Shown: piece after piece, positions 55,875 through 56,195 of the stretch
How positions within the stretch are numbered: position 1 is the stretch's first letter
Layout of the letters: each line of letters starts with the position of its first letter
Virus record (IMG/VR): IMGVR_UViG_3300030060_000209
Coordinates: 1-56,195 of that record
Length of the DNA stretch: 56,195 nucleotides
Strand: one strand, 5' to 3'
Source: a virus
Taxonomy: Duplodnaviria; Caudoviricetes
Notes under the pieces: generated by a model
What the model was told of the DNA's origin: nothing
Seen by the model: only the letters and a program-made list of their open reading frames with translations
Databases searched by the model: none
Made by a program: the position numbers and the translations under genes

Positions 55875-56195
55875 TGCCACTTCTTGGAAACACATTAGTA
55901 TCCAGTTTCAAGGCTAGACCTACTCGGCAGGAGTTTAGTGGTGATGGATCTACCACCACCTTTACCTTGAATCAGACAGTTCGTGCAGAGGATATCGTGG
56001 TTTCTGTAGATGGTGTGGTTCAAGAGCCGACAGGTGCTTATACAGTGCCAGATGGAACTACCCTTACCTTTACTGCTGCGCCATCTAGCAATTCAGGTAA
56101 TAACATCTTTGTGATTTTCATGGGTGTGACCAGTGGCTCTATTTCTCCTGCTGTAGAAAATCGAGGTAACTTCAAGTCTGGCGGTATTTTTCGCA
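55756..56195. repeat. Right copy of 440-bp imperfect terminal repeat
   Basis: See 1-440. Confidence 0.97.
55874..56195 (+). CDS. Partial second copy of 119-571 gene (truncated by window end)
   Basis: Same translation except Y82F. Confidence 0.9.
   Translation, partial: MPLLGNTLVSSFKARPTRQEFSGDGSTTTFTLNQTVRAEDIVVSVDGVVQEPTGAYTVPDGTTLTFTAAPSSNSGNNIFVIFMGVTSGSISPAVENRGNFKSGGIFR

Noticed and set aside
1-56195. Integrase/att site, tRNA genes, RNA or DNA polymerase, stop-codon reassignment
   Set aside because: No matching motifs seen by eye and genes tile densely under the standard code; tRNAscan and HMM searches would be needed to exclude them formally

Overview
The window appears to be one complete (~55.75 kb, circularly permuted) genome of a marine-type podovirus-like tailed dsDNA phage. 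Bases 1-440 recur at 55756-56195 as an imperfect copy, with 15 mismatches by manual comparison, 14 of them synonymous. Almost all genes are on the + strand. Gene order: (1) a receptor-binding/tail-fibre island of duplicated paralogue cassettes (119-6425); (2) tail nozzle, four predicted ejection proteins and a GH24 lysozyme (6429-15772); (3) the only credible minus-strand gene, a small putative DNA-binding protein; (4) a replication/recombination module with no recognisable DNA polymerase (DUF1064 nuclease, Sak4-like AAA, SSB, SF2 helicase, Cas4-like nuclease, primase-helicase, PAPS-reductase-like protein); (5) a repeat-rich putative origin and the small terminase; (6) a regulatory-element-dense early/accessory island (28.4-32.6 kb) encoding an acidic possibly Ocr-like protein, a gamma-glutamylcyclotransferase, an amidoligase-wHTH fusion and an XRE regulator; (7) large terminase, portal, GroES, scaffold, capsid, small basic proteins and neck/tail genes. 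One promoter matches the alphaproteobacterial consensus CTTGAC-N17-CTATAT exactly and another is 1 nt off, suggesting an alphaproteobacterial host (inference). The most interesting signals are a 22-bp palindrome (AACCMGWACAATTGTWCKGGTT) repeated at least 12 times and punctuating the early island, a second 13-bp palindrome in promoter spacers, a [hydrophobic/K]-x-x-G-G-x-V peptide motif shared by about eight unrelated proteins, the GDLA-terminated tail-fibre cassette array, and several candidate structured RNAs. All family assignments are motif recognition by eye, not database searches.
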